Positions 49,701 through 62,728 of a DNA stretch of 64,000 bases are shown here, piece by piece; within the stretch, counting starts at the first letter, position 1, and every line of letters begins with the position of its first letter. Source of the DNA: Pecten maximus (taxonomy: Eukaryota); NCBI RefSeq assembly GCF_902652985.1, contig NC_047021.1:28644001-28708000 (forward strand), given 5' to 3'. The notes beneath the pieces are model-generated. The model was not told where the DNA came from and did not search any database. It worked only from the letters and a program-made list of their open reading frames with translations. The translations under genes and the position numbers were made by a program.

Positions 49701-52700
49701 AATATATTTAAACCCTTCACTTTTATGCACCAAAGAAAACAATATGCAAGAAAGCTGTTCTGACAAATTTAAGCTAAAATATTGTCAATTATTATGTTGC
49801 ATTAAGTAAAATTATGTTGCTTTGGGTGTCATGCATTTTTTTTTTTTATCTTTTAAAATTAAATTAATTTCTTAACTTATTACAAAAAAAAGTATAAGAT
49901 GGAAAATTATTTGACAAAATCAAAGAGCTACCAGGTTTTAGCTATCACAATTTTACAAAATAGTTGACTTTGAAATTTCATGAATTAGTCAATTTTCAAA
50001 TATCTATAAGTTGCTTTATTATCAATTCCATATCAACATATTTCAACTCTTTGCTTACATGTACATGTGCCAAAGAAAACCATGTGCGAGAAACCTGTTC
50101 TGACAAAATTTTACTAAAATTATGTCAATTGTTTTATCACATTAATTTAATTAACTAATTTAGGGTGTGGGACCATGTTGTATTTTTGTTTTATCTTTTG
50201 AATTTTTAATCTGTTTCAACTTATTACAAAAGGTATTATAGAAAACTACTTCTCAAAATTAAAGAATTACCAATATTTTGTTATCACTATTTTACAAAAT
50301 AGTTTTTCTCCCAAATTTCATCTGCACACAGGTAGCAATTAGTAAAATCTTTTGAATCTAAACTTTAATTATATAAAGGTATTATAGAAAATTATTCGAC
50401 AAATTCAAACAATGACCAGGATTTTAATTTATAACCATTCTACAAAATAGTCTTCTTCATAATGTCATCTCCACACAGGTAAAATACTGTAACACAGGGA
50501 CTAGTGTACATGTAAATAGTTTATATGTTTCTTTTTTTAGGCCAACACCACCATATGCATATATTTACATTAGGAGGGGTGTTCTAAATTGTTGGCCAAA
50601 GACCGCACTTAATTTCCCTCTATATTCTACTGAAGAAACAAATTCAGAATTTTGAAACTTTACATAAAATCTGATTTTAATTTCATATTGTAGAACTAGT
50701 CTCTCAATATCAAATATTTTGATATTGGGATGAAACCATTTTCTTTAATTATCACATCTTTTACAATAGCAACTGTGACAAATAAGAATTAAAAAGTTTT
50801 AAACAGTTACTGTAATTGCAAGCCTTAGACCGCAAGTAATTACCCTCTATGTTCTACTTAAAAAAAAACTTCATTAAAATGTTTTTGAGACTTTGTATGA
50901 AATATGGTTTTCATTTCATTTAGTAGAACTATTCTCTCAATTTCAAGCCATTTAGATATTAAGAAACAAATTTTCCACAATTTTTACTGTAAGATAGTTT
51001 ATTAATTATTTATTATTGAGGGGCCGAGTGGTTAAGATATGTCATGACACTTTATCACTAGCCCTCCACCTCTGGGTTGCTAGTTCGAAACCTACGTGGG
51101 GAAGTTAACTGGTACTGATCGTAGGCCGGTAGTGTTTCTCCTGGTACTCCGGCTTTCCTCCACCTCTAAACCTGGCACGTCCTCAAATGAACTTGGCTGT
51201 TAATAGGACGTTAAACCAAATACACAAAGTTTATTAGTATTATATATATAGAAGAAGTATAGAAAAGTTTGAACAGTTATCCTGCAGAAGAAAAGGGAAG
51301 CTGACAATCAGGCCGGTATGTGCTGTCGTGGTTGTGTCTTTGGGCAGAACCATTTTACCCTTATTGCTCTGGATGGCATGCAATGGGCCTCTTATATGTT
51401 GTTCAGTCAGGTAGTCACCAACTACTACAAGGAGACCCAGCCTCAGACTTAAAGATGCTACTTATTTTTCAGAAACCGGACAAGCTGGTCTACACTGCTA
51501 CCTTACAAGAAGTTTAAATCATTTATTTGAAAAGAAAATATTATTTATTTTGCTTGGTAAGCTTCATTTTCATAAATTATTGCACCATTTCCTGGATGGC
51601 ATGTGGACAGACAGGTCTCCTGCATGTTGTTCAGAGGTAGTCACTAACTTCTACAAGGAGACCCTGCCTCAAACTGACTTAGCTGGCTATTCAAAGGGTG
51701 ATAAACAAAGCTAACAAAGCAAATATATATAAGAGTAAGAGATAATTGCCACTTAATTTTCAGAAACTTGGCAAACTGGTGTACACTGCTACCTGATAAA
51801 AGGTTAAAAAAAGGTATTTAAAAATAAAAACATGTTTTATTATGCATGGTTAAGCTTCCTTTACATGAATTATTGTTCAAATTCACATAAGACAATTTAA
51901 AACTTGCTAATTACCTAATTTTCATCCGTGATAGAAAAAGGGAGATAACTTGCTCACCTGTTCTTGATATAAAATTACCTGGGTAATTATAATGTACAAT
52001 TCATATTAATGCTTTTGTAGATATTTCCCTAAAGTTCTATTCATGATCGATCAATTATCGATATGATGATGATTGATCATGAACTTATTAGTGATTCCCA
52101 ACACTACTGAAGAAGTTGCAAAATTTTCGAATAAAAAAAATAGATACCTGGTAATCTCCCAATTTGCTCGACACGGACCACTGACAAAGACACTGATACT
52201 GACTTTAAACTATGGGGAAAGTCTCGAAATATCAATTTAAAGAAATGGCTATGTCAAACAAACAAACAATTTTCCTTCTCTCATTTGTATCATTGTGTTC
52301 CACTGGGGAATTCATACAAAAATGGGATTTTCCTCGTGCAAGTGTGATTTATTAACAATTTTCTCCAAGATTAATATTGGGGCGAGCCAATTCCCATAAA
52401 ATCTTGGATATTCCTATCTGAAAGAGTTAATCCTATCTTTTTCGAGGAAATTTGTCCAAATTTAGATATTGTCTGATTGCAATGAAATTTGGTACAGTAT
52501 ATAGGTACATCATTGGACACCGGTTACTCTTGTAACCTCACTTTAACTTTTTTTAAACAGAATGACTGCTATTTCCCAGCCTCTGATTGGTCCAAAATAA
52601 GATATTGTCCAATTTTGATGAAATTTGATATGTAGGTACATCATGGGACACTGGTCCCTCTGGTCACCTCATTTTCACATTTTACCAAAATGGTCGCCAT

Positions 52701-55700
52701 TTCCTGGCCTCTGATTGGTCCAAATTTAGATATTGTCTGATTTCAATGAAATAGGGGTATTATGGGACAGCAAATTCAACTTCATGGGTTTCATTTCCTT
52801 GGCAATAAGACAGTTTTACTTATTTTTGTTTAACGTCCTATTAAAAGTCAGGGTCATTTACAATATTTGTAAGGACGTGTTGGTTTTGGTGGTGGAGGAA
52901 AGCTGGAGTACCCGGAGGAAAACCACTGACCTACGGTCAGTACCAGGTAACTGCCCAACGTCGGTTTCGAACTCGCATCCCTGAGATGGACAGCTAGTGA
53001 TAAAATGTTGGGACACCTTAACCACTCGGCCCCGCGGCCCAACCTTTAACACAGTCTTCTCATTGGTTGAAATTTAGATATTGAGCGATTTTTTTTATGA
53101 AAACTGCTGAAACAGAGTTATCGCCCCTCACTACGCTTCATTCTTTCTGTGACATCCTTCAGGTGTCGCCCAACTAGTATGGTGAAGGAGTAAAGCATTA
53201 TTTTGTTAAATATTCAGAACTGTTTACCTGTAGGTGTTGGTAGATTCCCGAAGTAAGTGCCAAGCACAGAGCATCATATTGGTTTTGTTTTACCCAGGAG
53301 TCAATCACAAAGTTTTCCTTCCCAAATTTCACACAATTTTCTGGCGAGTCTCCAACCTGTAACCATCGAGTTCACACTAACACTCAGCAAGTTGTAACAA
53401 ATTTTCAACACAAATGTATTCAAGAAATACCACAAATATGTTTTCACTAGATATTCACCTGATTTCTTGGTTATCACATGAACTTACCATATTTAAAAGA
53501 AACCCAGTCACCAGGATCAAGATGTTGGAAATCAGCATTATTACAATTCTTTATTACACTCTGAACCACACACATGTGTGCAACCAGGGTTAATATAGAA
53601 AACAACAAGCATGTCGATAGCAGACAGGGTAACAGAGTAAAGATGCAATAATGCTTACAAAATAAAGAAAACTAAATACATTGTCGATATCAGACAGGAT
53701 AACAGAGTAAAGATGCAATGATGCTTACAAAATAAAGAAAACTAAATACGTTGTCGATATCAGACAGGATAACAGAGTAAAGATACAATGATATACATAC
53801 AAAAAACATGAATATATGACATTCTATCAAAAATCCATGGTATGCTAAAAGCATCCTACCTCCACAGTTCGGAGAATATCTCTAAAGCTAGAGCGCTGTT
53901 GACGTCTCTCTTTCTTGGCCCTATATTTCTGCGAGTCAGTGGCGAGAGTCTTCAGTGTGTCAATCAAAGTGTCAATATCATCACCTTCATATTCCTAAAA
54001 TACAATATCATATTGTTGCAGAAACTGATGCTACCAATGAATCCAATGGAAAGTGAATACGTAATAATTTTAACTTCTTTTTTCTTGCTTATGTAAAATT
54101 ATCCTCTGACTGACATATAAATTCATTGTAAGATATGATAGATAATATACAAATGCAAGTCCCCATGTATAAAATTGAAACCTAACCTTCTATCTGAACA
54201 CCAAACTTTGGGATTAACCCAGTATATAAATTATTGAGTATTACACCTTTTTTTCATGAGTTTAGATAAAAGTCTGAATAAGGCAGTCTGGTTTAGGCTG
54301 TGTACTGTAAATATCTCACACAAAATACGTGTTTTTTGTAATTTATAAAAATACTTAATTTTACAGAGATATTTTTACTACAATTTTAGATGCTTTAACT
54401 CGTCAATATATCACATTTAATATACTTTATTATACATGTATATATTTTTAACATACATCGTCTTCTTCTCTTGCCAGCTCATACATAAGAGCAATGGTTT
54501 CTCCTGCAGTTATCCTAAGTTCTACATCTTTACTCAGTAGTAGGTCAGGCAGCTTTCCTATATGACTGTGAAGTAATAAAAGATAGGGTTCATGAGATAT
54601 TGTGGGAACTTGAGTCCTAACAATGAAGCAAGGGTGACAACTCCATTGTGTTACAGGCATATTTTACCTTTCTTCACATGTAGTAATACAAATCAGGCTA
54701 TACTAATTTAGAATTGAAAATTACCAGTGTCTGTTACTGTGTTTTGTGAAAATACTCATAGCAGTGCAAAACAATAACATTACAATTTGGTAGGTCCTAC
54801 AAGGAATGCCTATATTGTCGCTCATAATCACAACACTGTGTAAACTCATCACTCCATTCAGCTTTCTCCATGTTGCATTCTTTATAAACATCATTAAAAC
54901 CAAGGCAAACAGTACTTTAATACACGTAAACATGTCTTAACATAGGTTTAGAACATTTTTAACAGTACAGGCTCAGGCCTTGCAATATCTTAAATCTATT
55001 TCATTATTTAAATGAAGAAAGCATGGTTTAATGAGGATAAAATCAATAGTTATAGTCACTTTAATGCTAGGGACGGTCATAAACAAACTTTATTTATTTA
55101 ATTGTAGATAATGATGACATATTCGTTTTTATTTCGTTTGGGTTAAGTGTTTTTCCGTTAGAGGAATAGGTGATATTTTCTCTATGTTGTTAATGTAAAC
55201 AATATGGCGGCTTGCTACATTTACATTTTAGATATCACTGTCTAGGACGTTTCAGATTGTTCAATCTGACATCTACATCTTATTTAGTTAAATATTTCTT
55301 AATTATGTACAAAGATCACACTAACCTTTGTGTTTCTTTATGAAAAAAAACAACACATCAATAACGCACGTAGTCTGCCATTTTGTTTAAACTTCTGGGG
55401 GCGAGGCTAATAACTACTTCCGGTACGGAATCCGGAAAGGACACAAAGTACGGAAAGAGTTAAAAAGAACTAATGAAAAAAACAAAGTTTTTGTTATGGC
55501 CGTGCTACAGGTTTTTAGATGTTTTTAATTTTGCGCAAAAAAAAAAAAAAAACCCATCAAAATTGAGCATTAGATGCCAAAACCCAATATTAACTAGATT
55601 CCACAGTATCATATCTGTACATTAAACCTGTGGTTCTTAAAATCTCACTTTTATATGTAGTTAACCTGTGTATGGTAAGTGTACCTTTCAACAAGTTTGT

Positions 55701-58700
55701 TGACTAGAAACGATGGAGCAATGGACAATAGCAGACTCCAGGAACTAAGAGCTGCAGCATGTAGACGACACACCTCAGGATTAATGTTGGGGATGCTCTT
55801 ATCTCCCTTCCTGTACGACAGTTTGAAAATTCCCTCTAACGCATCCATTGTCTTCATAACATCCTACAACAATGATGGGTATTTAGTTAAATAAAAGGAC
55901 GCAAATAAACATTTTAATTTTTTCTTTAATTTCTGATATGTATTTATTTACTTGATGTTTTTTTGTAGCAGATCAGCACATTAAGAATGGAGCACACACT
56001 ACTAGTATCCGTAATTCATTTCATTATATATGACAAGGCCATGAAAGTGACTTTATTAATTTCCAATTTTTGTTAAATACTCATACATACATCTATGTCA
56101 CTGCAGGCAAGAAAATGACAAAGTCCCAGAGTCAGTGCACACTGCAATAAAAAGAAGTATTAAAATCAAGAACTCTTTATTTCTGAAAATATAAAAATTA
56201 AACATATGTGTATCACAAATACAACAAATCATTCAAAATTATCAGTAATGCGACAGTCAAATATTTAAAACTATTTCTGCCTTGTATCTCTTTTTTTTCC
56301 CCTACTATTTCTACATACAATCTTTATATTAACACAGGTATGTTTAAACTGCAAATTCAGCCACCAATACATGACTCTTGTAAGCCCAAAATTCTTCACC
56401 CTGCCCTGTATCATTTGTATCATTTGTACACAATAAATTTCAGGCACTGTAAACTGTAAAAATTTTAAAGATACAGTTAAGTGTACACGTATAAGAAATC
56501 ATGGAATAATATCCCTGCTTTGATTATGTTTCTGTAATTGTTAGCAGGTAAGCAAATCCCACTCTTTGATGAATATATAAATTAAAACTATGGTTGAAAC
56601 TATTTTTTTCATTAAGTGAGTGACCTTACCTCAGATCTCCCCTTTACCGCAGCACTGTTATCAGTCATGGTGGCCATCAGCTGAGGCTTCAGTGCCTTAA
56701 TCTCATCCTCGATGTCAAGACCCAGCTGGATACACATCAAGCTCAGACATCGTGCAGCGAGAGCCTGCTCATCACCTCTTCCCTTCTTTATACATCTCAC
56801 CAGGCAGTCACTCACTGTCATCTTCCTGTGGGTGACGATATACAAAAATATCTAGTTATCAGCAGGACACTTACTGAATGAATGGCAATTTCCTAGAATT
56901 CCATCGACTTTCAAATATATTTCTCATAGCCCTAGGCTCCTTTAGGCCTCCTACCCCTAATAGGTATAGCCACTGTTGATGGACCACTATATTGCAATAC
57001 AAATTATCAAAATATGAGAATGACTCCTCCAAAAGGAAAGAGTAATTAAGAGGCAGAAAAAAGATAGAACTATGCCAACAATTACAGTGGAGGTAACAGA
57101 ATATAATATGATGTTGATACCTTTTACATATCCAACTGGAATCAGTGTCAATTTGTGTTGTATTTGGGAATTAATTTTTAAAGGCATTTTTCTCCAGAGA
57201 ATACTAAACCAATTTCACATATTTTCTCAGTTTGATTTTTTTTTAAATCCAATCTCTGTCCTTATATACATTACCTGTCAAGAAGGAATTCTGAAATGCA
57301 TTTTTTACTTAATGCTTTTGTCAACCCCTCCAGACAGGATTTTCTCCCTTGTGCACTGAAAAATTAAAGGTAAAAATGTCTTGATTGTTGATCTGTTTAT
57401 TTTTATTGCCAGACATCTATCAGGTAAGTGTTTCAACAATGGTGTCATTTAGCCAGGTATACCGTGAACAACTAATCACATAATTATTACAATTATTTTA
57501 GATTTCATCATATGAGGGTTGGGAGGCCACAACCACCTAAGTTTTACTGTCAAGCTACCCAACTGAGAATGAAGCAAAGATCTTGTCGGGGATATTTTTT
57601 AATGTAATTTGGTTCAACAATTTTTATCTACCAGGTAAATTTCAAACTGCCCAGACCTTTGAATACTAAACCCAGGGATTATTTTGGGTTACCAAATGGA
57701 TGGATCATTTTCAAGGAAAAGAACTATTTGTTATATAATTTATGGGCCATGTATAAAAAAATTTAAGGATTTTTCTGAATCCTGTGGGTCATTCAGGAAA
57801 ATTATTGGCCAATGGCCCCCTCCAAAATGATCCCTGCTGACCAGATTATCTCAATGATGGTGTCTCATAGCATGAAACATATGCTCAAACTGTGTTCATG
57901 TATATATTTCAACACAGACAGGAATTTATACCCATGTATCTTCTCAGATGGAGTTGCACGAGAGTAAAATTGTTTGAACATAAAAGGTTAAAACATGACA
58001 TCTTCCAATTAATATAGGTCACTCATCAGGTGTCTGCCGTATTAGCATATTATGAAATGGCTTTATAAAACTATATTTTTGAAGATGTTGGAGTTATTTG
58101 AAGAAAGGTGACATAAAATAAGGTTTCTTTGACATTGTAGACTACGAATATTATAGCATACATTTAGATAGACTATTTTCATATTTCAGAAGCATCAAAA
58201 TTTTTAAAAAGAATACATACAGGTACATTTATTTTTGTGTCTTTTGTGATAACAAACTGGTAAAATCTTTCTCGAGTTGAGACTTCTTTTATCAAATCCC
58301 AATATTTTTGACACATAACTGAACTTTGCTATTTCAGATGGATTCATACATGTACAGCTATCAAAGCTCTACATTGTCCATTTTTGTGTATATTGTACTG
58401 GACTTGACTTTCTGATATCTTCAATCATTGGGAAAATGCATACAGGAACATCCCTGCCCTATGCAGATATGATAATATGGTATTCCCGTCTTTTCCTTAA
58501 AAATTGTTTTAACACCTTTTTAATTATTTTATCAATGTGTGGTTTTGGCAGATATTCTTTACTGGAAAAGCCCTCCCTAAATCCCTGCATAGGCTAACGA
58601 TAGGCTAACAATTGCTGCTATGAAAGGTAATATTTTATACTCATGATCAAGAAAATGCTTGACACTGGCAACATTACTAAACAAGCGTCTCTGTGACTTT

Positions 58701-61700
58701 AATTACATGTATTCTAACCAGCTGAAAATTGGACTTAGAACTGATGCAATCATCTGGTTTTTGTTTATGTAAATTACCCTGACTGGCCCGAGTTCAGTTT
58801 TTTGTTGTATTACTAGTAACTATAAAAGTATGTTTGTAAATATAAATTCATGCATGTTTGTTATCTGGAGCAGCGAGGCACACATTTATGTTTCAGTCAC
58901 AGCAAATAATCATAAACATATTAATATCACTGGAATACAAAAATAGCAATGAAATTTGTACCTTTTCTGTAGAATTCCTTCTATACATTCCTTCAGCTTA
59001 TCTTCAAAGTTTTCTTGAGCACTTGCTTCATCCACACCATCTAAATGAATAAAACATGATTAACAAATTAAGGCACATTAACAATAGAATAGAATGAGCG
59101 GACAATAAAAAAGAACATAACAAATATCAAAATAGAATGAGATGAAATGGTACCTTCTTCTGGAATACTGTTGTGTTCCTCTGACTGGACACTGACTGTA
59201 CTGACATTATCAGCAGTATCATATTCCTCATCACTTGGTGGCTGGGACACTCTTCCCTTCCCTCCTAAAACATCACAGTAAGAAATTAAAGATAGTAAGC
59301 AATGGCTGGGACTCTTCCCTTCCCTCCTAAAACATTACAGTAAGAAATTAAAGATAGTAAGAAATGGCTGGGACACTCTTCCCTTCCCTCCTAAAACATT
59401 ACAGTAATAAAAATAGTAAGAAATGGCTGGGACACTCTTCCCTTCCCTCCTAAAACATCACAGTAAGAAATTAAAGATAGTAAGCAATGGCTGGGACTCT
59501 TCCCTTCCCTCCTAAAACATTACAGTAAGAAATTAAAGATAGTAAGAAATGGCTGGGACACTCTTCCCTTCCCTCCTAAAACATTACAGTAATAAAAATA
59601 GTAAGAAATGGCTGGGACACTCTTCCCTTCCCTCCTAAAACATTACAGTAAGAAATTAAAGATAGTAAGCAATGGCTGGGACACTTCCCTTCCTTCCTAA
59701 AACATTACAGTAATAAAAATAGTAAGAAATGGCTGGGACACTCTTCCCTTCCCTCCTGAAACATCACAGTGTGAAAAATAGCCTTTCTCAGTGTTTGTTG
59801 ATCAGACGTCAACTGAACTAATACATAAATAAAAAAAATTAACAAAGTTCTCTGAATCAATTCATACATTGTGTGTAATATACTCATACATTGTGTGTAA
59901 TATACAAACTGGTTGTGGGTGCAGAAGACATCATTGTAATAGCATATTGTGTATGTGTCCTTATTAAAATTGCTTTTGTTTACATGATTATGATGAATCT
60001 GTTACATGTGTAAAGCTTACATGTTCTGGGCTAACATCAGTTTGACATTATTTTGACATAAATATACCTCAGCAAAATACCCATTTTATGCCGATTGTTC
60101 ATTGCTTTTTCAGTGATCTAGTAAGTTCCATCAGCTCTCATTCAGTTTTCTATACTAAGCAGATCCAATATATTGAGATGATTCCCTACATAAGCTTGGC
60201 AGATTGACAATGGTTTGAATGCCATGGAGTGTTTATATCTTCCATATTCTTGACTGGGAGAAATATTACTGAACATGTTCCAGCAACCAAAAAAGTAAGG
60301 ATATCAATTTAAATTATTTGACTTCAGATCTTCCCTTCATATTTTATCTCTGAATCTTATAAGTAAATGTCACTTTGACTCTAAAACTTTAGCCATCCTC
60401 TACAGTCTGCACACCCTTATGAACATTATTATTTGTCAAACAGTGCACCAGATAACTTTTTAGATCAGGGAGTGATGGGCTGCCTCTGATGAAGGACAGG
60501 GAGTAATCTAAGATACATCTGAGATTGTTGTACGCATACTTAAAATAAACAACAAAACAATCTACTTGTTTTCTATCCTTGCCTACTTTACAAAATATGA
60601 TCTGTGCGTGAGCTCCATTCAAACATTCCAGATACAGAAATGAATGGCTCAACGCTTTTGAGGTTGTTGAAAGAATATAACATGTTTACTTTTAAAAATT
60701 GTTAATAATTTTGTCTATAATACCTTTGACAGTGTTCTGGCTTTCATTGACAGATGATTTAGTTTTAAAAAATACTTTCATATACTGTCAGCAGACACTA
60801 TTTTAAGCTTCTTGCCATTCACACAGCACGCCATATGTCATTAGTGATCTGAGTCAATGGAGTGCTTAGAAGCACTCGCGGTCAGACTAGAGCAACAAAG
60901 AGCGCTTGGAAAAAGCCTTGAAGCATACATAGAGTTACGCTGGGCATTGTCAGTCGATAAAAATATCTCCCGCATCATGAACACATTACTATGCTATGTT
61001 AATTAATTGTCACATGTACAGGAGCTTTTAAGTTCTTGCATCAAAATCTTAGGCGTAATGCTACATTCATGAGAGTTTTGGGTACGTTTCCATTTTTTTC
61101 TAGTGAGTTTTTTTCTAATTACAAGGCTGTAAATTACGCTTGTACACTCCTTATCTGGAGCACCGGTCAAAGAAAGAAAAAAATATTGGTTTTATTATTT
61201 CAGTTAACATGTGCACAAACGTTTTTTTTTTAATTTTTATCATTAGATTTTTTTCTTATGCCATATAATCGTTGCTAACCTGTGCTTTTATATCAGTTAT
61301 ATCAGTCGTCGGTCTTTTTAAGCTATCAGCTTCTGGACCTCCTTGTTATTGATTCTCCACCTTCCAAATGAGCTCCTCGACTTCTTTTCTTGAAATTTTG
61401 TAGAGGAATTATCCCATTGAATATTATTAGAATATGCCTTCACGAAACGAAGTGGTCAACAACAATCTGTGCATTACCTCAGTTGACCTGGTGTTAGCTC
61501 ACCTCAATGATAGGCTAGCCTAGCTAACTCTGATAAGATTGGTTTTGGACACAGAAAAAAACCTCATTTCACTAGATCGGTCATCCCTGCGTATTCTTAT
61601 GAGTTCACCATGTGACAAATATATTCCACTTTTTGAAGATTGTTACATAATTCAATTCAAAAATTATTTTATTATTCCAAATATAGACAAATATACATGT

Positions 61701-62135
61701 TCAATATACATACAATCAATAAACCTAATTATATTAGAAATTTAAATATTATTTATGTATATTATTATCATTTGTTAAGTTTTTAAATATTTATATACAT
61801 AATCGTAGAAATGAAAGACTATATGAATGTCCTATATAAAGGCAGATCCGAGGTGAAAGTCGTTAGATCGAGTTTACATACTGTACATGTGGCCTTGGTC
61901 AAAAAGGCGGGAGTTGTCAATGACAGTAAAGTCTATCCAACCTACTGTTTGTTTGTTTAGCGTAGATCTATTCTTTATCTACGAGCAATTCAAAATCTTC
62001 AACATACTGGGAAGATAGAGATGGTGACGTATCTACATATAGGCCTAGTTATCATGCGTGAATGTAAAAAGTTCACGTGTTGTTATGACACATATGGTCG
62101 TGAATCGTCTTACCTTTCTTCTTTCCTTTCGGCAT
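46700..62135 (-). CDS. IFRD1: Interferon-related developmental regulator (IFRD1/IFRD2 family), whole gene span; 12 exons, 424 aa
   Basis: MPKGKKKGGKGRVSQPPSDEE...LRITAGETIALMYELAR...LATDSQKYRAKKERRQQRSSFRDIL...YNAAVFKARTKVRSKHRDKR; all introns GT-AG, phases sum to 1275 nt. Confidence 0.95.
47040..47365 (+). mobile_element. Probable Helentron-type non-autonomous fragment
   Basis: TGACCCCTGTGACCTTGAA..AAGGTCA motif and short hairpin + CAGGTGAGCT end, resembling bivalve Helentron-associated repeats (recognition from memory). Confidence 0.4.
47433..47525 (-). CDS. IFRD1: IFRD exon 11
   Basis: DNVLVREVFGLGDPLL...KPTKWER|gtaaga. Confidence 0.93.
51018..51225 (+). mobile_element. V-domain SINE, same family as 38573-38799
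   Basis: GGCCGAGTGGTTAAG...AGTTCGAAACCTACGTGGG...GCTGTTAATAGGACGTTAAAC. Confidence 0.88.
51320..51725 (+). mobile_element. CORE-SINE-like fragments, locally duplicated
   Basis: GTTGTGTCTTTGGGCAGAACCATTTTACCC resembles the CORE domain; CTACAAGGAGACCC block occurs twice. Confidence 0.45.
52815..53040 (-). mobile_element. V-domain SINE, same family as 38573-38799
   Basis: Reverse complement of head (CTTAACCACTCGGCC), B-box, core and tail. Confidence 0.88.
53228..53356 (-). CDS. IFRD1: IFRD exon 10
   Basis: VKFGKENFVIDSWVKQNQYDALCLALTSGIYQHLQ. Confidence 0.94.
53611..53790. repeat. ~70-bp tandem repeat, ~2.5 copies
   Basis: TGTCGATATCAGACAGGATAACAGAGTAAAGATGCAAT recurring at 53612, 53682 and 53752. 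Confidence 0.9.
53860..53994 (-). CDS. IFRD1: IFRD exon 9
   Basis: LKTLATDSQKYRAKKERRQQRSSFRDILRTVE. Confidence 0.95.
54457..54565 (-). CDS. IFRD1: IFRD exon 8
   Basis: HIGKLPDLLLSKDVELRITAGETIALMYELAREEDD. Confidence 0.95.
55685..55863 (-). CDS. IFRD1: IFRD exon 7
   Basis: DVMKTMDALEGIF...LHAAALSSWSLLLSIAP. Confidence 0.94.
56091..56141 (-). CDS. IFRD1: IFRD exon 6
   Basis: CALTLGLCHFLACSDID; 51 nt. Confidence 0.9.
56630..56825 (-). CDS. IFRD1: IFRD exon 5
   Basis: KMTVSDCLVRCIKKGRGDEQALAA...AAVKGRSE|gtaagg. Confidence 0.94.
57275..57355 (-). CDS. IFRD1: IFRD exon 4
   Basis: AQGRKSCLEGLTKALSKKCISEFLLD. Confidence 0.92.
58962..59040 (-). CDS. IFRD1: IFRD exon 3
   Basis: GVDEASAQENFEDKLKECIEGILQK. 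Confidence 0.92.
59154..59264 (-). CDS. IFRD1: IFRD exon 2
   Basis: GKGRVSQPPSDEEYDTADNVSTVS...IPEE; phase 1-1. Confidence 0.88.
59239..59780 (-). repeat. 9-copy minisatellite (57-64 bp) made of the IFRD intron 1 acceptor plus the first ~26 nt of exon 2
   Basis: Minus-strand unit ..ACTGTAATGTTTTAG|GAGGGAAGGGAAGAGTGTCCCAGCCA; 64/62/59 higher-order pattern. Confidence 0.95.
62114..62135 (-). CDS. IFRD1: IFRD exon 1 coding part (MPKGKKK G)
   Basis: ATG CCG AAA GGA AAG AAG AAA G|gtaaga. Confidence 0.85.
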
Positions 62136-62263
62136 TATTCTCGATAATTTCTTCTAATTTCACAATCTAATAAATGTTTTAAACACATAGATTTTCGTAT
62201 ATGAAAATCAAAAAGATAATATGGGGTTTGAGTTTGAGAAGAAACGTTGAACTTCGACAGCAT
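62135..62263 (-). promoter_or_regulatory. 42-codon upstream ORF in the IFRD 5' leader, stop overlapping the IFRD start (TAATG)
   Basis: ACC-ATG context; MLSKFNVSSQTQTPYYLFDFHIRKSMCLKHLLDCEIRRNYRE*; human IFRD1 has a known regulatory uORF. Confidence 0.7.
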
Positions 62264-62728
62264 GGTAGGCCCTGAATGGATTCTCACATTCTGAGCTAAA
62301 AATAGAAATTGCCTCGTTTCTAACGACGGAAATAAAACTAAACTAATAAGGTATCAACTTGCAAATTTAATGTATTGTTTCATTTAAACTCATCCAATGA
62401 GATGTTTTGGTAAAATGTAACAGCAATTATGCTAGATATTCAATATATTGTATTTTTCGGAAAGTAAGGAAAACACGACATCAAAATATCTTTCAGACGC
62501 TTGTAAAGTGATATAAAACACCTTCGAATCAAACACTGAGGAACAGAGACTATTTCGGTGCTATGACGAAATGGGACGTAGAGACAACGAAATAACCACG
62601 TGACATAGGCGTATAAATAACCAAGCGCAACGTTTGTCGTCGTATTAGCGACAGAAACACGAGCAAGGAAGGAGGTCCGTGCCACGCAAGTAAGCAAACC
62701 TACTTTACATAGACGTTTTTCGAAGGTT
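62264..62728. promoter_or_regulatory. Short divergent (bidirectional) promoter region between IFRD and HEXIM
   Basis: Start codons 594 bp apart, head-to-head; CCAAT 62394-62398, TGACG 62564-62568, E-box CACGTGAC 62597-62604, TATAAATA 62612-62619; locally CpG-rich. Confidence 0.65.
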
